From the IMG/VR virus record IMGVR_UViG_3300047319_000532: 64,000 nucleotides of DNA, one strand, 5' to 3'. The position numbers were made by a program, and so were the translations under genes. The stretch comes from a virus. Under the pieces are notes generated by a model, which was not told the origin of the DNA, made no database searches, and saw only the letters and a list, made by a program, of their open reading frames with translations. This document shows positions 1-8,470 of this stretch, in pieces. Every line of letters starts with the position of its first letter. Position 1 is the first letter of the stretch.

Positions 1-942
1 AGCGCCATCATCGGCGCAACCCTGCCAAATGTGGACAGCGACGCCTCGAGGGAGGGCACGCGAATCCACGCCCTGATCGAGACCGCGATCTTTGGCGCGC
101 CCATCCCTGACGAGGAAAGCGACGACGTGGCCTATGGCGTCGAGCTGGTGCTGGACTTCATCCGGCAGCTGGGCGGGCCTACGTCGGTGCTGGTCGAGCG
201 TCAGGTGCGCCTCAATGACGACGTCTGGGGCACTGCTGACATCATGCAGCCCAAGCCTGACATCACCACGCTGGTTGATTACAAGAACGGCGCGATGGAC
301 ATCCTCGTCGATCAGAACATGCAGCTTATGACTTATGACGTGGCGATTCTGGAAGAATTTGGCCCGTCGAAATTCTACCGCAATGTGATCATTCAGCCGA
401 ACAGCCGGACAGCTGGCGATCAGCCCGACGTCAAGCAGACGATTGTGCCGCTCGAGGCGGTGGAGTTTCACCGCGAGCTGGTGCTCGATGCGGTCGATCG
501 CGGTCTCGGCGGCGAGGGACCGATCCCGGGCCGCCACTGCCGCTATTGCTCAGCTTTCGGCAACTGCCCGGCGACGCAGGAAATGCTGCCCATGATCATG
601 ACGTCGGTCAAATTCATGCCGACAGAAGTGCCGAGCGAGACGGCGGTGCGCCTGCTGCGCGTATTACGTGGCCTTGATGACTTCAGGAAAAATCTCGAGA
701 AGGATCTGATGCGGCGCTTTGCCGCGGGCCAGAAAGTGCCCGACGCCAGCGTGGGCATCACTTCGACACATCGCAAGTGGCAGGACGATCGGCTGGCGGT
801 CTCGCGGCTCATGACGGCCTTCGGGCTCAGCGGCGTGGATCCGGTCACACCGGCCACCGCAGAGAAAATGGGTGCGCAGGGCAAGGAAATTGTCAGCCAG
901 CTGGCCTTCAAGCCGCCGGGCAACGCCAAACTTGTGTATTGA
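1..942 (+). CDS. PD-(D/E)XK Cas4/RecB-like exonuclease (DUF2800-type), 5'-partial at window edge
   Basis: Frame is open from nt 1 (track ORF 31..942 starts at an internal GTG). Nuclease core GTADIMQPK...LVDYKNG and C-terminal Cys cluster CRYCSAFGNC. First gene of a DUF2800/DUF2815/PolA/primase phage replication module. Confidence 0.65.
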   Translation, partial: SAIIGATLPNVDSDASREGTRIHALIETAIFGAPIPDEESDDVAYGVELVLDFIRQLGGPTSVLVERQVRLNDDVWGTADIMQPKPDITTLVDYKNGAMDILVDQNMQLMTYDVAILEEFGPSKFYRNVIIQPNSRTAGDQPDVKQTIVPLEAVEFHRELVLDAVDRGLGGEGPIPGRHCRYCSAFGNCPATQEMLPMIMTSVKFMPTEVPSETAVRLLRVLRGLDDFRKNLEKDLMRRFAAGQKVPDASVGITSTHRKWQDDRLAVSRLMTAFGLSGVDPVTPATAEKMGAQGKEIVSQLAFKPPGNAKLVY

Positions 943-976
943 CAACCGCATACGCTCGTGAAACTCTGTATTTTCT

Positions 977-1016
977 ACTGTGTGACTGTGTGAATGTGCA
1001 ACAAAAACTGTGCAAC
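977..1016 (+). repeat. short direct repeats upstream of the SSB gene (possible operator)
   Basis: ACTGTGTG at 977-984 and 985-992; (A/C)TGTGCAAC at 994-1002 and 1008-1016. They end 15 nt before the SSB start codon. Confidence 0.4.
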
Positions 1017-1031
1017 GTAAGGATGTTAAAA

Positions 1032-1997
1032 ATGGCTCGTGATCTTGTAAGCATCTATCTTTTCAACGGGCAGGCCGTGTTCTCCAAGCGCCTGTTTGAA
1101 CCCGAAACCAAGGATATGGCGGGCAAGCCGCTCGACAGTCCCTCTTACAGCCTCCTCATCCGCTTCCCCAAGACTATGCCTAACTGGTATGATGAACCGG
1201 CGCTGCAGGGCTTCAAGGAAGCCTGCCAGACCGTCATGCTGCGCGAGCTGCCTAACGTGCCTTTCCCTTACATCGAATTTCCGGTTAAGGATGGCGACCG
1301 CCCGAACAGGAACGGCAAAATCCCTGACTGGGCTAAAGGCCACTGGTTTGTCCGGTCTTCGTCCACTTTCATCCCGACTGTCGAGCAGGTGGTCGGCGGC
1401 GTGAAAACTACGCTGCCCGCGCTCTCGATGGGCGGCAAGCGGCTGTGGGGCGACGGCGACATTGTGGCGGCTGCGCTGTCGCTCGGCAAACGCTTGAACG
1501 ACAATGTCGGCATCCGCTGCTATCTCAATGGCGCGCTGTTCACTGACCATGGACCGGAGCTGCAGACTGGCGGTGCCAACACCAACTGGGACGAGGCTAT
1601 CGCCATGGCCGAGGCGAAGGGCATCAAAATCCAGATGGGCACCAATAATGGTCCGGGTGGCAGCGGCTTCCCGCCGGGCGGCGCTCCGGGCGGCTTTGGT
1701 GGCTTCCCGCCGGGCGGCGGCCAGCAGGGCGGCTTTGGTGGCGGCTTCAACCCGGGCGCGCAGCAGCAGCAGCCGGGCGGCTTCCAGCAGGGCGCGCAGC
1801 CGGGCGGCTTCGGAGGCTTCCAGCAGGGCGCGCAGCAGCAGCCGGGCGGCTTCCCGTCAGGTGGCCAGCAGGGCGCGCAGCAGCCGGGCGGCTTCCCGTC
1901 GGGCGGCCAGCAGCAACAGCCGGGCGGCTTCAACCCGGGCGGCGGCCAGCAGGGCGGCTTCAATCCCGGCTACGACCCCAACAAGCCCCCCTTCTGA
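1032..1997 (+). CDS. ssDNA-binding protein, DUF2815-type, with long Gly/Gln-rich linker
   Basis: ATG 1032 (alternative 1023) inside track ORF 777..1997. N-terminal ~190 aa resemble phage DUF2815 SSBs (LLIRFPK..., FPVKDGDRPN). Then a GGFxxG/QQ low-complexity linker and a C-terminal tip DPNKPPF like the SSB interaction tip. Confidence 0.7.
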   Translation: MARDLVSIYLFNGQAVFSKRLFEPETKDMAGKPLDSPSYSLLIRFPKTMPNWYDEPALQGFKEACQTVMLRELPNVPFPYIEFPVKDGDRPNRNGKIPDWAKGHWFVRSSSTFIPTVEQVVGGVKTTLPALSMGGKRLWGDGDIVAAALSLGKRLNDNVGIRCYLNGALFTDHGPELQTGGANTNWDEAIAMAEAKGIKIQMGTNNGPGGSGFPPGGAPGGFGGFPPGGGQQGGFGGGFNPGAQQQQPGGFQQGAQPGGFGGFQQGAQQQPGGFPSGGQQGAQQPGGFPSGGQQQQPGGFNPGGGQQGGFNPGYDPNKPPF

Positions 1998-2066
1998 TCA
2001 AAACCCGATCAAATGTTGCCCCGGCGTTCGCGCCGGGGTTTCTAAACATGCCTGAAGGAGAACGTC

Positions 2067-2357
2067 ATGGCTGGGATAGGTGGGAAAAGCGGCCCCGGAG
2101 ACTGGGGCCCAGAAGAGAAAGAAGCAGCGAAAAAACAGCGTGTTCGCATCTGGAAGATCATGTGCGACTGGAACTGGCACACGCTCGCGGAGCTGGAGAA
2201 AATTACTAACGACCCCCAGCCTTCTATCTCTGCGCGCATACGTGACTTTAGAAAGAGAAAATTCGGCGGCCATGACGTGCGCCGCGAGCGCCTGCCGTTC
2301 TCGAGGCTCTACCACTATCGTATTGTTCAGCCCGCGGATTCCCATGATCCCGCTTGA
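2067..2357 (+). CDS. small winged-helix-like protein, function unknown
   Basis: 96 aa, RBS gaaggagaacgtcATG. The segment TLAELEKITNDPQPSISARIRDFRKRKFGGHDV looks like a wHTH recognition region. 3' end overlaps the next gene. Confidence 0.6.
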   Translation: MAGIGGKSGPGDWGPEEKEAAKKQRVRIWKIMCDWNWHTLAELEKITNDPQPSISARIRDFRKRKFGGHDVRRERLPFSRLYHYRIVQPADSHDPA

Positions 2358-2949
2358 TCGTTTCCTGAAGCTCGAGAAAAAGAAACAGCGGCGCGCCGAG
2401 CGTGAGATTGAGCTGGCTGGCCGTATCAGGGCTCTGCCAGAGCGAAGGTTTGGCGTGATCTATGCGGATCCGCCGTGGTCTTTCGAGACGTGGTCGGAGA
2501 ACGGCAACGATCGCGGCGCGGGCAATCACTATGCGACCAGCGCGCTCGACGTGATTTGCGATCTGAAGGTGCAGAACATTGCGGCCAAGGACTGCGTGCT
2601 GTTCCTGTGGGCGACCGCGCCCATGCTGATGGAGGCGATATGCGTGATGGAGTGCTGGGGCTTCGCCTACAAGACGCACACGGTCTGGCACAAGGCGCGC
2701 ATCGGCACCGGCTACTGGTTCCGCAGCCAACATGAACTGCTGCTGGTCGGCACGCGCGGCGACATTCCTGCGCCAGCCATGGGCACGCAGCACCCGTCGG
2801 TGCGCTGGCGTCCGGTCGGCGAGCACAGCGAGAAGCCTGAAATCTTTCACGAAATGATCGAAGACTATTTTCCAAACCTGCCCAAAATCGAGCTGTTTGC
2901 GAACACGTGGCGACCCGGCTGGACGACATGGGGCGCAGGCCATGACTGA
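2344..2949 (+). CDS. MT-A70 family DNA N6-adenine methyltransferase
   Basis: ATG 2344 inside track ORF 2080..2949. Catalytic DPPW motif (VIYADPPWSFETWS) and downstream LFLWAT / GYWFRSQHELLLVGTRG blocks typical of MT-A70. Confidence 0.85.
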   Translation: MIPLDRFLKLEKKKQRRAEREIELAGRIRALPERRFGVIYADPPWSFETWSENGNDRGAGNHYATSALDVICDLKVQNIAAKDCVLFLWATAPMLMEAICVMECWGFAYKTHTVWHKARIGTGYWFRSQHELLLVGTRGDIPAPAMGTQHPSVRWRPVGEHSEKPEIFHEMIEDYFPNLPKIELFANTWRPGWTTWGAGHD

Positions 2950-3370
2950 CGACAAGGACGTCTGTAAAAACAGACACGGCGGCAACGCAGAAAGTGTAGC
3001 AGCGAATAAGAAAGCGCCTAAAAAATCGCGTGATAACTCTCGTGATCGCATTTTCGAGCATGCAGCAGGAAAGGGATTCCATGGCGTTACGGCAAATGAA
3101 CTGTATTTTGATATTGGGGGAGGTTGCGAAACTTCAGGCAGTAAAATGAGCATATCTGGCGCTGGGGCAAGACTTAGTGAAATGAGTTTTGGCGACTACG
3201 GTGAACACTTGCGCATGTTCCCTATAGGCGAGAAGCGTTTTACGCGCACTCACGACGGCAAAACTTATTCAGGCCGCGTGCATGTCACTCCTCTTTACCA
3301 TCACTTGATGCTAATTGCCGGTGACAAAAGGGCGTTGTTTGTGAAGCCACCGAGAAAGTCGAAAAAATGA
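2942..3370 (+). CDS. hypothetical protein (possible wHTH), visibly lower-GC ORF
   Basis: ATG 2942 within track ORF 2897..3370; it overlaps the 3' end of the methylase gene (stop 2947-2949) by 8 nt. Composition is noticeably AT-richer than its neighbours. Confidence 0.55.
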   Translation: MTDDKDVCKNRHGGNAESVAANKKAPKKSRDNSRDRIFEHAAGKGFHGVTANELYFDIGGGCETSGSKMSISGAGARLSEMSFGDYGEHLRMFPIGEKRFTRTHDGKTYSGRVHVTPLYHHLMLIAGDKRALFVKPPRKSKK

Positions 3371-3795
3371 AAGAGACATCTCGCAAAATCTACATAAAGC
3401 TCAAATGCAGCGGTCGCATCGCCAGCATACAACGCAAGATTTGTGCGGCTATTCGCGACTATGGCGGAGGAGCTAACAGCCCCGGGCTGACAGCCAGACT
3501 GGCCTCGCTGGCCACCGGCGTCGATCTGCAGTCTGTCACCCAGCGTTTTGTCGAACTGCGGCGCATGGGGCTTATAGAGCCTGCGTATTTCAGCCCCGGC
3601 AAGACGGCGCTCGGCAAGACCAGCAACGAGTGCAGCTGGTACAGGCTGTCAAAAAACCCGCCGCCTAAGCACGCCATCTCGGAAGCTGAATTTTTGGAAT
3701 TGAGCGAAATGAACAACGAAGAGCGCCAGCAGGCCGCCGTTCGCGCTGGCGAAGTGGTGCTGGCCGCAGCGCCAGACTGGGAGCCCCGCCTGTGA
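3367..3795 (+). CDS. hypothetical MarR/winged-helix-like protein
   Basis: ATGA overlap with the previous gene. LTARLASLATGVDLQSVTQRFVELRRMGLIEP resembles a wHTH. Confidence 0.6.
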   Translation: MKETSRKIYIKLKCSGRIASIQRKICAAIRDYGGGANSPGLTARLASLATGVDLQSVTQRFVELRRMGLIEPAYFSPGKTALGKTSNECSWYRLSKNPPPKHAISEAEFLELSEMNNEERQQAAVRAGEVVLAAAPDWEPRL

Positions 3796-5741
3796 GAAAG
3801 CTTTTGATCGACGTCGAAACGCGGTCCCGGGTGGATCTGAAGGCTGCAGGCGCGCGTCGCTACGCCGCGGATCCATCGACCCAGATCACGACCGCGTGTT
3901 GGAAGTGGGCTCCCGAGCCGGTGGTGCACGACTGCTGCAACGTGCGCGGCCTCGAGCATCTGGGCCGCGATCGAATCAGCGACTTCAAGCTGGCGCTCGA
4001 GCAGGCCGATCACATCGTGGCGCATCACATCAATTTCGACGCCAACGTCATCATGTCCACCATGGGCCCCTGTGGGCTGCATTTGAACAAGCTGGACTGC
4101 ACCATGGCCCGGGCCCAGCGCATGAGCCTGCCGGGCGGCCTCGACGAGCTGTGCATGGCTCTGGGCAAGCCCGGCAAGAGCATGGACGGCCACCGCCTTG
4201 TCATGGCCACCTGCAAGCCTAAAAAGGATGGCACCTTTAACGAGGATCCGGCGATCTTCACCCAGCTGCTGGCCTACAACGTGCAGGACGTTTACTGCCT
4301 CCAGAGCGTCGATGAACTGCTGCCGCCGCTGCCAGCAGACGAGCTGGAAATCTGGCGTCGCACATGGCGCAAGAACGCTCATGGCCTGCCGCTTGACCTG
4401 CACCTGCTCGAGGCGGTGGCGGCCCGGCGCGACGACATTGAAAAGCAGCTGGCCAAGGATCTGCGTGACTTGACCAAAGGCGCGGCGGCGACGATCACCC
4501 AGCGCGCCAAGCTTCAGACGTGGTTCAGGGAAAACAACGTCAACATCCCCAACCTGCAGCGGGCGACGATCGAGGAGTGGCTCACCCACGACGGCCTGCC
4601 CTACAACGTCTATGCGGTCCTGCAGCGGCTTTTTGATTCGGGTGGATCCGCGCCAACTAAGGCGCAGGCGCTGCTCGATCGACACGTCTGGGGATTCTTT
4701 CAGGACGCGACCCGCTACTTTGGAGCGCGGTCTGGCCGCGGCACTTCCGAAGGCGTCAACACCTTCAACATCGCCCGGCCTTCTGGTCTTGGAAAGTTTA
4801 CGCCAGCACAACTCATCGAGCTGCTGAAAAACATGCCAGATCATGAGTTTAACAACACCCAACTGTCAGATGTGCTGCGCGGCGGCATTGTGGCCACGCC
4901 CGGCCATGCCGTGATCGACGTCGATCTTTCCAACATCGAGCTGCGCCTGTCGCTATGGTTCGCCGGTGACAAAGAGAAGCTGGACCTGCTGGCGCAGGAT
5001 AAAGACCTGTACGCCAAGACCGCGGGCTCGGCCATGGGCATCCCGAATCTGACCAAGACGAGCCATCCCAAAGAACGTCAAGCCTATAAGAAGGTCGTTT
5101 TGTCGGGAGGTTATCAGATTGGCGTCGATCGCCTGTTTGCGGCATTTAAGGCCGATCGCGATTTGCCTTTTGAATACCGCAACGAGCTGACCTTGGCCAA
5201 CGTGGCTGCAATCCATGCCGGTTACCGCGACGAGAACGTGCCGCTGCAAATGACGTGGAAGGGGCTCGACGAGGCGGCCCGCAATTCGCTCTACTATCCC
5301 GGCGTCAAGGTGCCCGTCTGCGACGGCAAGCTGGTGTTCTATTTCCGCAAGGACATTGACCAGCTCGAGCTGCACCTGCCCTCTGGCCGGGTCATCCCTC
5401 ACTACCGGCCCCGCATCAACGAAGACGGCGAGCTGACCTTCTGGCGGGCCCGCTACGGGCGCATGCTGGAGAGCCGCACCTTCGGCGGCGCGTGGCTCGA
5501 GATTGCCTGCCAGTCATCCGCGCGCGACATCCTGACCCGCGTCGAAGGGGCGATCGAGGCTGAAATGCCTGACGTGCGCCTGCTGCTCGATATTTATGAT
5601 TCGGTGGTGGCGCTGGCTCCAATCCCGGTCGCCGAAAAGCGCATGAACCAGATGCTGGACATCATGCGCCGCCCGGTGCCATGGGCCCCCGGCCTGCCGC
5701 TTAATGGCGAAGGCTACTTTGCAGAGAGGATGAAAAAATGA
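3792..5741 (+). CDS. family A DNA polymerase with N-terminal 3'-5' exonuclease domain
   Basis: GTG start overlapping the previous stop. Exo I motif LLIDVETRS; PolA motif A DVDLSNIELRL; motif B RQAYKKVVLSGGYQIG; motif C-like LLDIYDSVV. Confidence 0.9.
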   Translation: MRKLLIDVETRSRVDLKAAGARRYAADPSTQITTACWKWAPEPVVHDCCNVRGLEHLGRDRISDFKLALEQADHIVAHHINFDANVIMSTMGPCGLHLNKLDCTMARAQRMSLPGGLDELCMALGKPGKSMDGHRLVMATCKPKKDGTFNEDPAIFTQLLAYNVQDVYCLQSVDELLPPLPADELEIWRRTWRKNAHGLPLDLHLLEAVAARRDDIEKQLAKDLRDLTKGAAATITQRAKLQTWFRENNVNIPNLQRATIEEWLTHDGLPYNVYAVLQRLFDSGGSAPTKAQALLDRHVWGFFQDATRYFGARSGRGTSEGVNTFNIARPSGLGKFTPAQLIELLKNMPDHEFNNTQLSDVLRGGIVATPGHAVIDVDLSNIELRLSLWFAGDKEKLDLLAQDKDLYAKTAGSAMGIPNLTKTSHPKERQAYKKVVLSGGYQIGVDRLFAAFKADRDLPFEYRNELTLANVAAIHAGYRDENVPLQMTWKGLDEAARNSLYYPGVKVPVCDGKLVFYFRKDIDQLELHLPSGRVIPHYRPRINEDGELTFWRARYGRMLESRTFGGAWLEIACQSSARDILTRVEGAIEAEMPDVRLLLDIYDSVVALAPIPVAEKRMNQMLDIMRRPVPWAPGLPLNGEGYFAERMKK

Positions 5742-5974
5742 GGATTGTCTTGAGAAACCGCCCGGACGCGCTTGTGATCGAAGGTGTGGAGTTTTCCGAT
5801 CGGGAGGCGTTCGAAAAGTGGCGGAGGCAGGTCAACAAGGCGGCCAGTGTCCTGTGGCCGCCGACGCCGAAGAAAGTGAAAAATGAGCAGGCTCTAAAAG
5901 CCCCTCAAAGAATTTTTGACGCCCCTGTTCAGATGCGTCCCTTGCGCCGGGATCTGCCTCCGCTGCAGGACTGA
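5738..5974 (+). CDS. hypothetical protein
   Basis: 78-aa ORF, ATGA overlap with the polymerase stop. Confidence 0.5.
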   Translation: MRIVLRNRPDALVIEGVEFSDREAFEKWRRQVNKAASVLWPPTPKKVKNEQALKAPQRIFDAPVQMRPLRRDLPPLQD

Positions 5975-6003
5975 TTATTTTTGCAAAAATTACAAATTGG
6001 TGT

Positions 6004-6040
6004 TTGACAACGTAATACGGCTGTCGTAGTGTCTGGACAT
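6004..6040 (+). promoter_or_regulatory. sigma70-like promoter, conserved class I element
   Basis: TTGACA(6004-6009)-17 bp-TAGTGT(6027-6032), with an AT-rich stretch upstream. The 37-nt element TTGACAACGTAATACGGCTGTCGTAGTGTCTGGACAT recurs at 8433 (+) and 58078 (-). Confidence 0.6.
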
Positions 6041-6084
6041 GGCGGAAGGCAAACGGGCCCAACGCACCGAAGGAGAAACCGGAC

Positions 6085-6405
6085 ATGACCATCAACACTC
6101 TCGCCGACCGCTACGCCGCCGCCAAGAAAGTCCTCGACGATCAGGAAGCCATCGTCAAGGGCCTGAAGGCCGAAATCGTCGCTCTCGGCGTCGAAGAGGT
6201 CGAAGGCGCTCGCAACTTCGTCATAGTCGGCCTCCGCGAGCGCAACACGCTCGACACCAAGGCGGTCCTCGCCAAGCTGGGCGCGCTGTGGGTCAAGGCT
6301 AACACCAAGTCCACCGTTTACGAAAACCTCACCATCAAGGCCAAGCCGGTCAAAAAGCTGGTTGGCGAGGCGATCGAGGAGCTGCAGCAGGCCGCCGGGT
6401 TCTAA
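6085..6405 (+). CDS. hypothetical protein
   Basis: 106 aa, RBS gaaggagaaaccggacATG, first gene after the promoter at 6004. Confidence 0.65.
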   Translation: MTINTLADRYAAAKKVLDDQEAIVKGLKAEIVALGVEEVEGARNFVIVGLRERNTLDTKAVLAKLGALWVKANTKSTVYENLTIKAKPVKKLVGEAIEELQQAAGF

Positions 6406-6423
6406 GCTTCTGTCCCTCTGGAC

Positions 6424-6446
6424 CTGCCCCCTTGAGAAAGGGGCAG
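6424..6446 (+). terminator. GC hairpin without T-tract (weak terminator or attenuator)
   Basis: CTGCCCC(6424-6430) / GGGGCAG(6440-6446) with a 9-nt loop, directly after the 6405 stop. Confidence 0.3.
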
Positions 6447-6472
6447 ACCCGGAAGATCCGAAGGAGAAAATC

Positions 6473-6715
6473 ATGACACCCGCAAAATTCTACGCGGACC
6501 TGAACCCGCGCTACGTCGTCACCAACATCAAGGAGCGGCGCTGGCGCGTGTTCATCAGCTTCGACGTCAAGGGCATCACCAAGCGCGAGCGCCTGATCAA
6601 CATCGTCGAGGCCGCTGGCAGCACCTCCAACCGCCGCGTCGCCGAAAACAAGGCCAAGCTGCTGCAGGACGTCTTCGACGAGCTGAACGGCATCTTTGTC
6701 GAGGTGAAGGTATGA
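6473..6715 (+). CDS. hypothetical protein
   Basis: ATG 6473 with RBS gaaggagaaaatcATG inside track ORF 6362..6715. Confidence 0.65.
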   Translation: MTPAKFYADLNPRYVVTNIKERRWRVFISFDVKGITKRERLINIVEAAGSTSNRRVAENKAKLLQDVFDELNGIFVEVKV

Positions 6716-6915
6716 GCGCGCAGCTTGACGTCACCGTCGAAGACCACGGCACGATCTGGCTGTTCCGCCCGCTCACGCAGGCGGCCAAGGAGTGGATCGA
6801 CGACAATGTCACCGGCGGCGAGGATTGGTTCGCCGGGGCGCTCGCAGTCGAAGCCCGCTTTGTGCAGGCGCTGATCGAGGGCATGCAGCTCGACGGTCTG
6901 GAAGTGGGGAAATAG
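6712..6915 (+). CDS. hypothetical protein
   Basis: 67 aa, ATGA overlap with the previous gene. Confidence 0.6.
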   Translation: MSAQLDVTVEDHGTIWLFRPLTQAAKEWIDDNVTGGEDWFAGALAVEARFVQALIEGMQLDGLEVGK

Positions 6916-6917
6916 TC

Positions 6918-7484
6918 ATGGGCTGGCTTTACATGCAATCGCTGGGCGGCTTCAAGAGCCCCAAGGCGTACCTCGACAATCAATTCACCTGCGGCGGCGT
7001 CAACAAGGTGCTGAAGTCGGCCCTGTGCGGCATGCGGACCTATTACGCCGCGGTCCAACACGGCGAAGGCGAGGTCTTCGCGGTGGTCTGCCTTGTGCAA
7101 TACAACAAGCGCGCCAAGGACGGCTACGTCTTCGGCTACAAGGACATGGACGAGACCATGGGCCCTTGCGAGGCCGACTGCCCGGCGGCCATCCTCGATC
7201 TGCTGACGCCAACTGAGTCGGCCTACGCGATCGCGTGGCGCGAGCGGTGCCGCAAGCATCTCGATCGGCCCAAGACGAAGGTCGGCGACATCGTCGTGTT
7301 CGAAGCTCCCATCCGATTCTCCAATGGCGCTCTTCACGCAGCCTTCAAGCTGATTGCGCCGTGGTGGAATCAGAAGCTGGTGCGCTTGCAAGCGATCGAC
7401 GGCGGAGGCGGTCTATACCGAATCCCCAACTGGAAAAAGCGCAGTTTCAGGATTGTTGGAGAGAATGAGCATGCGAAAGTTTGA
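6918..7484 (+). CDS. conserved-looking phage protein, function unknown
   Basis: ATG 6918 inside track ORF 6792..7484. Contains the motif FGYKDMDETMGPCEADCPAAILDLLTP. Confidence 0.65.
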   Translation: MGWLYMQSLGGFKSPKAYLDNQFTCGGVNKVLKSALCGMRTYYAAVQHGEGEVFAVVCLVQYNKRAKDGYVFGYKDMDETMGPCEADCPAAILDLLTPTESAYAIAWRERCRKHLDRPKTKVGDIVVFEAPIRFSNGALHAAFKLIAPWWNQKLVRLQAIDGGGGLYRIPNWKKRSFRIVGENEHAKV

Positions 7485-7650
7485 AGTCACCGTCGAAGTC
7501 ACGCGCGAGGGGGCCCTGCGCCCTTTCCGCGTCTACCACAACGTCAACGCTGAATCGTTCGAACACGCCCGGCAGAAGGTACAGGCGCGCGTCTACAAGC
7601 ACGCCACCCACAAATTCATCCGCTTCATTGATTGGAAGAGAGACGCATGA
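7471..7650 (+). CDS. hypothetical protein
   Basis: ATG 7471 (alternative 7465) after ggagaga, inside track ORF 7354..7650. Confidence 0.55.
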   Translation: MRKFEVTVEVTREGALRPFRVYHNVNAESFEHARQKVQARVYKHATHKFIRFIDWKRDA

Positions 7651-7961
7651 AACGCCGTTATTTGACGAAGACCCAGAAGGCCGTGCTCAAGAGCATGGCC
7701 GATAACGGCGGGCGCGCGGTGATCGCCACCGGCACCCGGTGGAGCAGCTTCAGCCCCGGCGTCTGCCGCATGTTCGGTCAAGGGGTGCACTGCCTGCTTC
7801 ACAATCGTTGGGTCACCAGCCGTGGCCAGAATCAGGTCGGCTACTATGCTTGGACGACCGAAGGCCGTCTGGCGCATGAGCGCGGCTGGTTCATCCCGAA
7901 GGTCTGGGCCGAGCCCTATTGGTCCGATGAAAAACCCCTGCCTGACGAAGGAGTCGTTTGA
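7647..7961 (+). CDS. hypothetical protein
   Basis: ATGA overlap at 7647-7650, inside track ORF 7632..7961. Confidence 0.6.
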   Translation: MKRRYLTKTQKAVLKSMADNGGRAVIATGTRWSSFSPGVCRMFGQGVHCLLHNRWVTSRGQNQVGYYAWTTEGRLAHERGWFIPKVWAEPYWSDEKPLPDEGVV

Positions 7962-8194
7962 TGGCTATCCCGCACAAGACTATCGACATCATCGGCGCGA
8001 CCGCCTGCGCCGCCTCGCTGCGCTTCAAGGCGCATGACGCCTACGCCGTGCTCGGCGAAGACCTGAACGATCTGTGCGCCCTCGTGGTGCGCCTGCGCGC
8101 AGCCGTTGACGCCACCGGCGAGAGTTTCGAATGGTCCGATCGGCTGACCAAGATCCTCGACGAAGCCTTGCAATCCAACCTGTCGGAGAAATGA
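7961..8194 (+). CDS. hypothetical protein
   Basis: ATG 7961 after RBS gaaggag (7947-7953). The track lists 7958 (TTG). Confidence 0.6.
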   Translation: MAIPHKTIDIIGATACAASLRFKAHDAYAVLGEDLNDLCALVVRLRAAVDATGESFEWSDRLTKILDEALQSNLSEK

Positions 8195-8436
8195 ACGTGA
8201 TCAAGAAAAAAGACCGTGACGCCCGGCTGGTCGAGCTGACCGACATCACGACCAGTCGGCTCGATGAGCTGCGCGTGATCAGCAGCAGGCTGATCGACGC
8301 CCTGCGCAAGTCGCGTGACGCCGTCAATTATCTGGCGCTGCAGACGGAGCGCACGCACGAAAGTTCGGCCCACTGGGCGCGCGTGGCCGCCGACATCGAC
8401 GCGCTAATTGCCGAGGCGCTTAAAAATATCGATTGA
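8191..8436 (+). CDS. hypothetical coiled-coil-like protein
   Basis: ATGA overlap at 8191, inside track ORF 8131..8436. Confidence 0.6.
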   Translation: MNVIKKKDRDARLVELTDITTSRLDELRVISSRLIDALRKSRDAVNYLALQTERTHESSAHWARVAADIDALIAEALKNID

Positions 8437-8470
8437 CGGGCGTAATACGCCTGTCGTAGTGTATGGACAT
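8433..8470 (+). promoter_or_regulatory. sigma70-like promoter, conserved class I element (second copy)
   Basis: TTGACG(8433-8438)-18 bp-TAGTGT(8457-8462). TTGACGGGCGTAATACGCCTGTCGTAGTGTATGGACAT is nearly identical to the 6004 element. Confidence 0.6.

Noticed and set aside
777-1031. N-terminal 85-aa extension of the SSB ORF (track ORF 777..1997)
   Set aside because: The extension overlaps the 3' end of the nuclease gene in another frame and crosses the intergenic repeats. The DUF2815-like sequence begins at MARDLV (1032).
3459-4862. Long antisense or alternative-frame ORFs in the track (for example 3459..4862 -, 20244..21413 -, 25707..27098 -, 50333..51928 -, 31313..32407 -, 41177..42133 -)
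   Set aside because: They lie opposite or out of frame to genes with recognisable domains (polymerase, terminase, portal and so on). Their translations are Arg/Ala/Gly/Pro-rich low-complexity sequence typical of spurious open frames in GC-rich DNA, and they lack RBS and start context.
6039-6302. Track ORF 6039..6302 starting inside the conserved TGGACATG of the promoter element
   Set aside because: Its translation is Arg/Gly/Ser/His-rich nonsense. It overlaps the well-supported 6085..6405 gene, which has a strong RBS.
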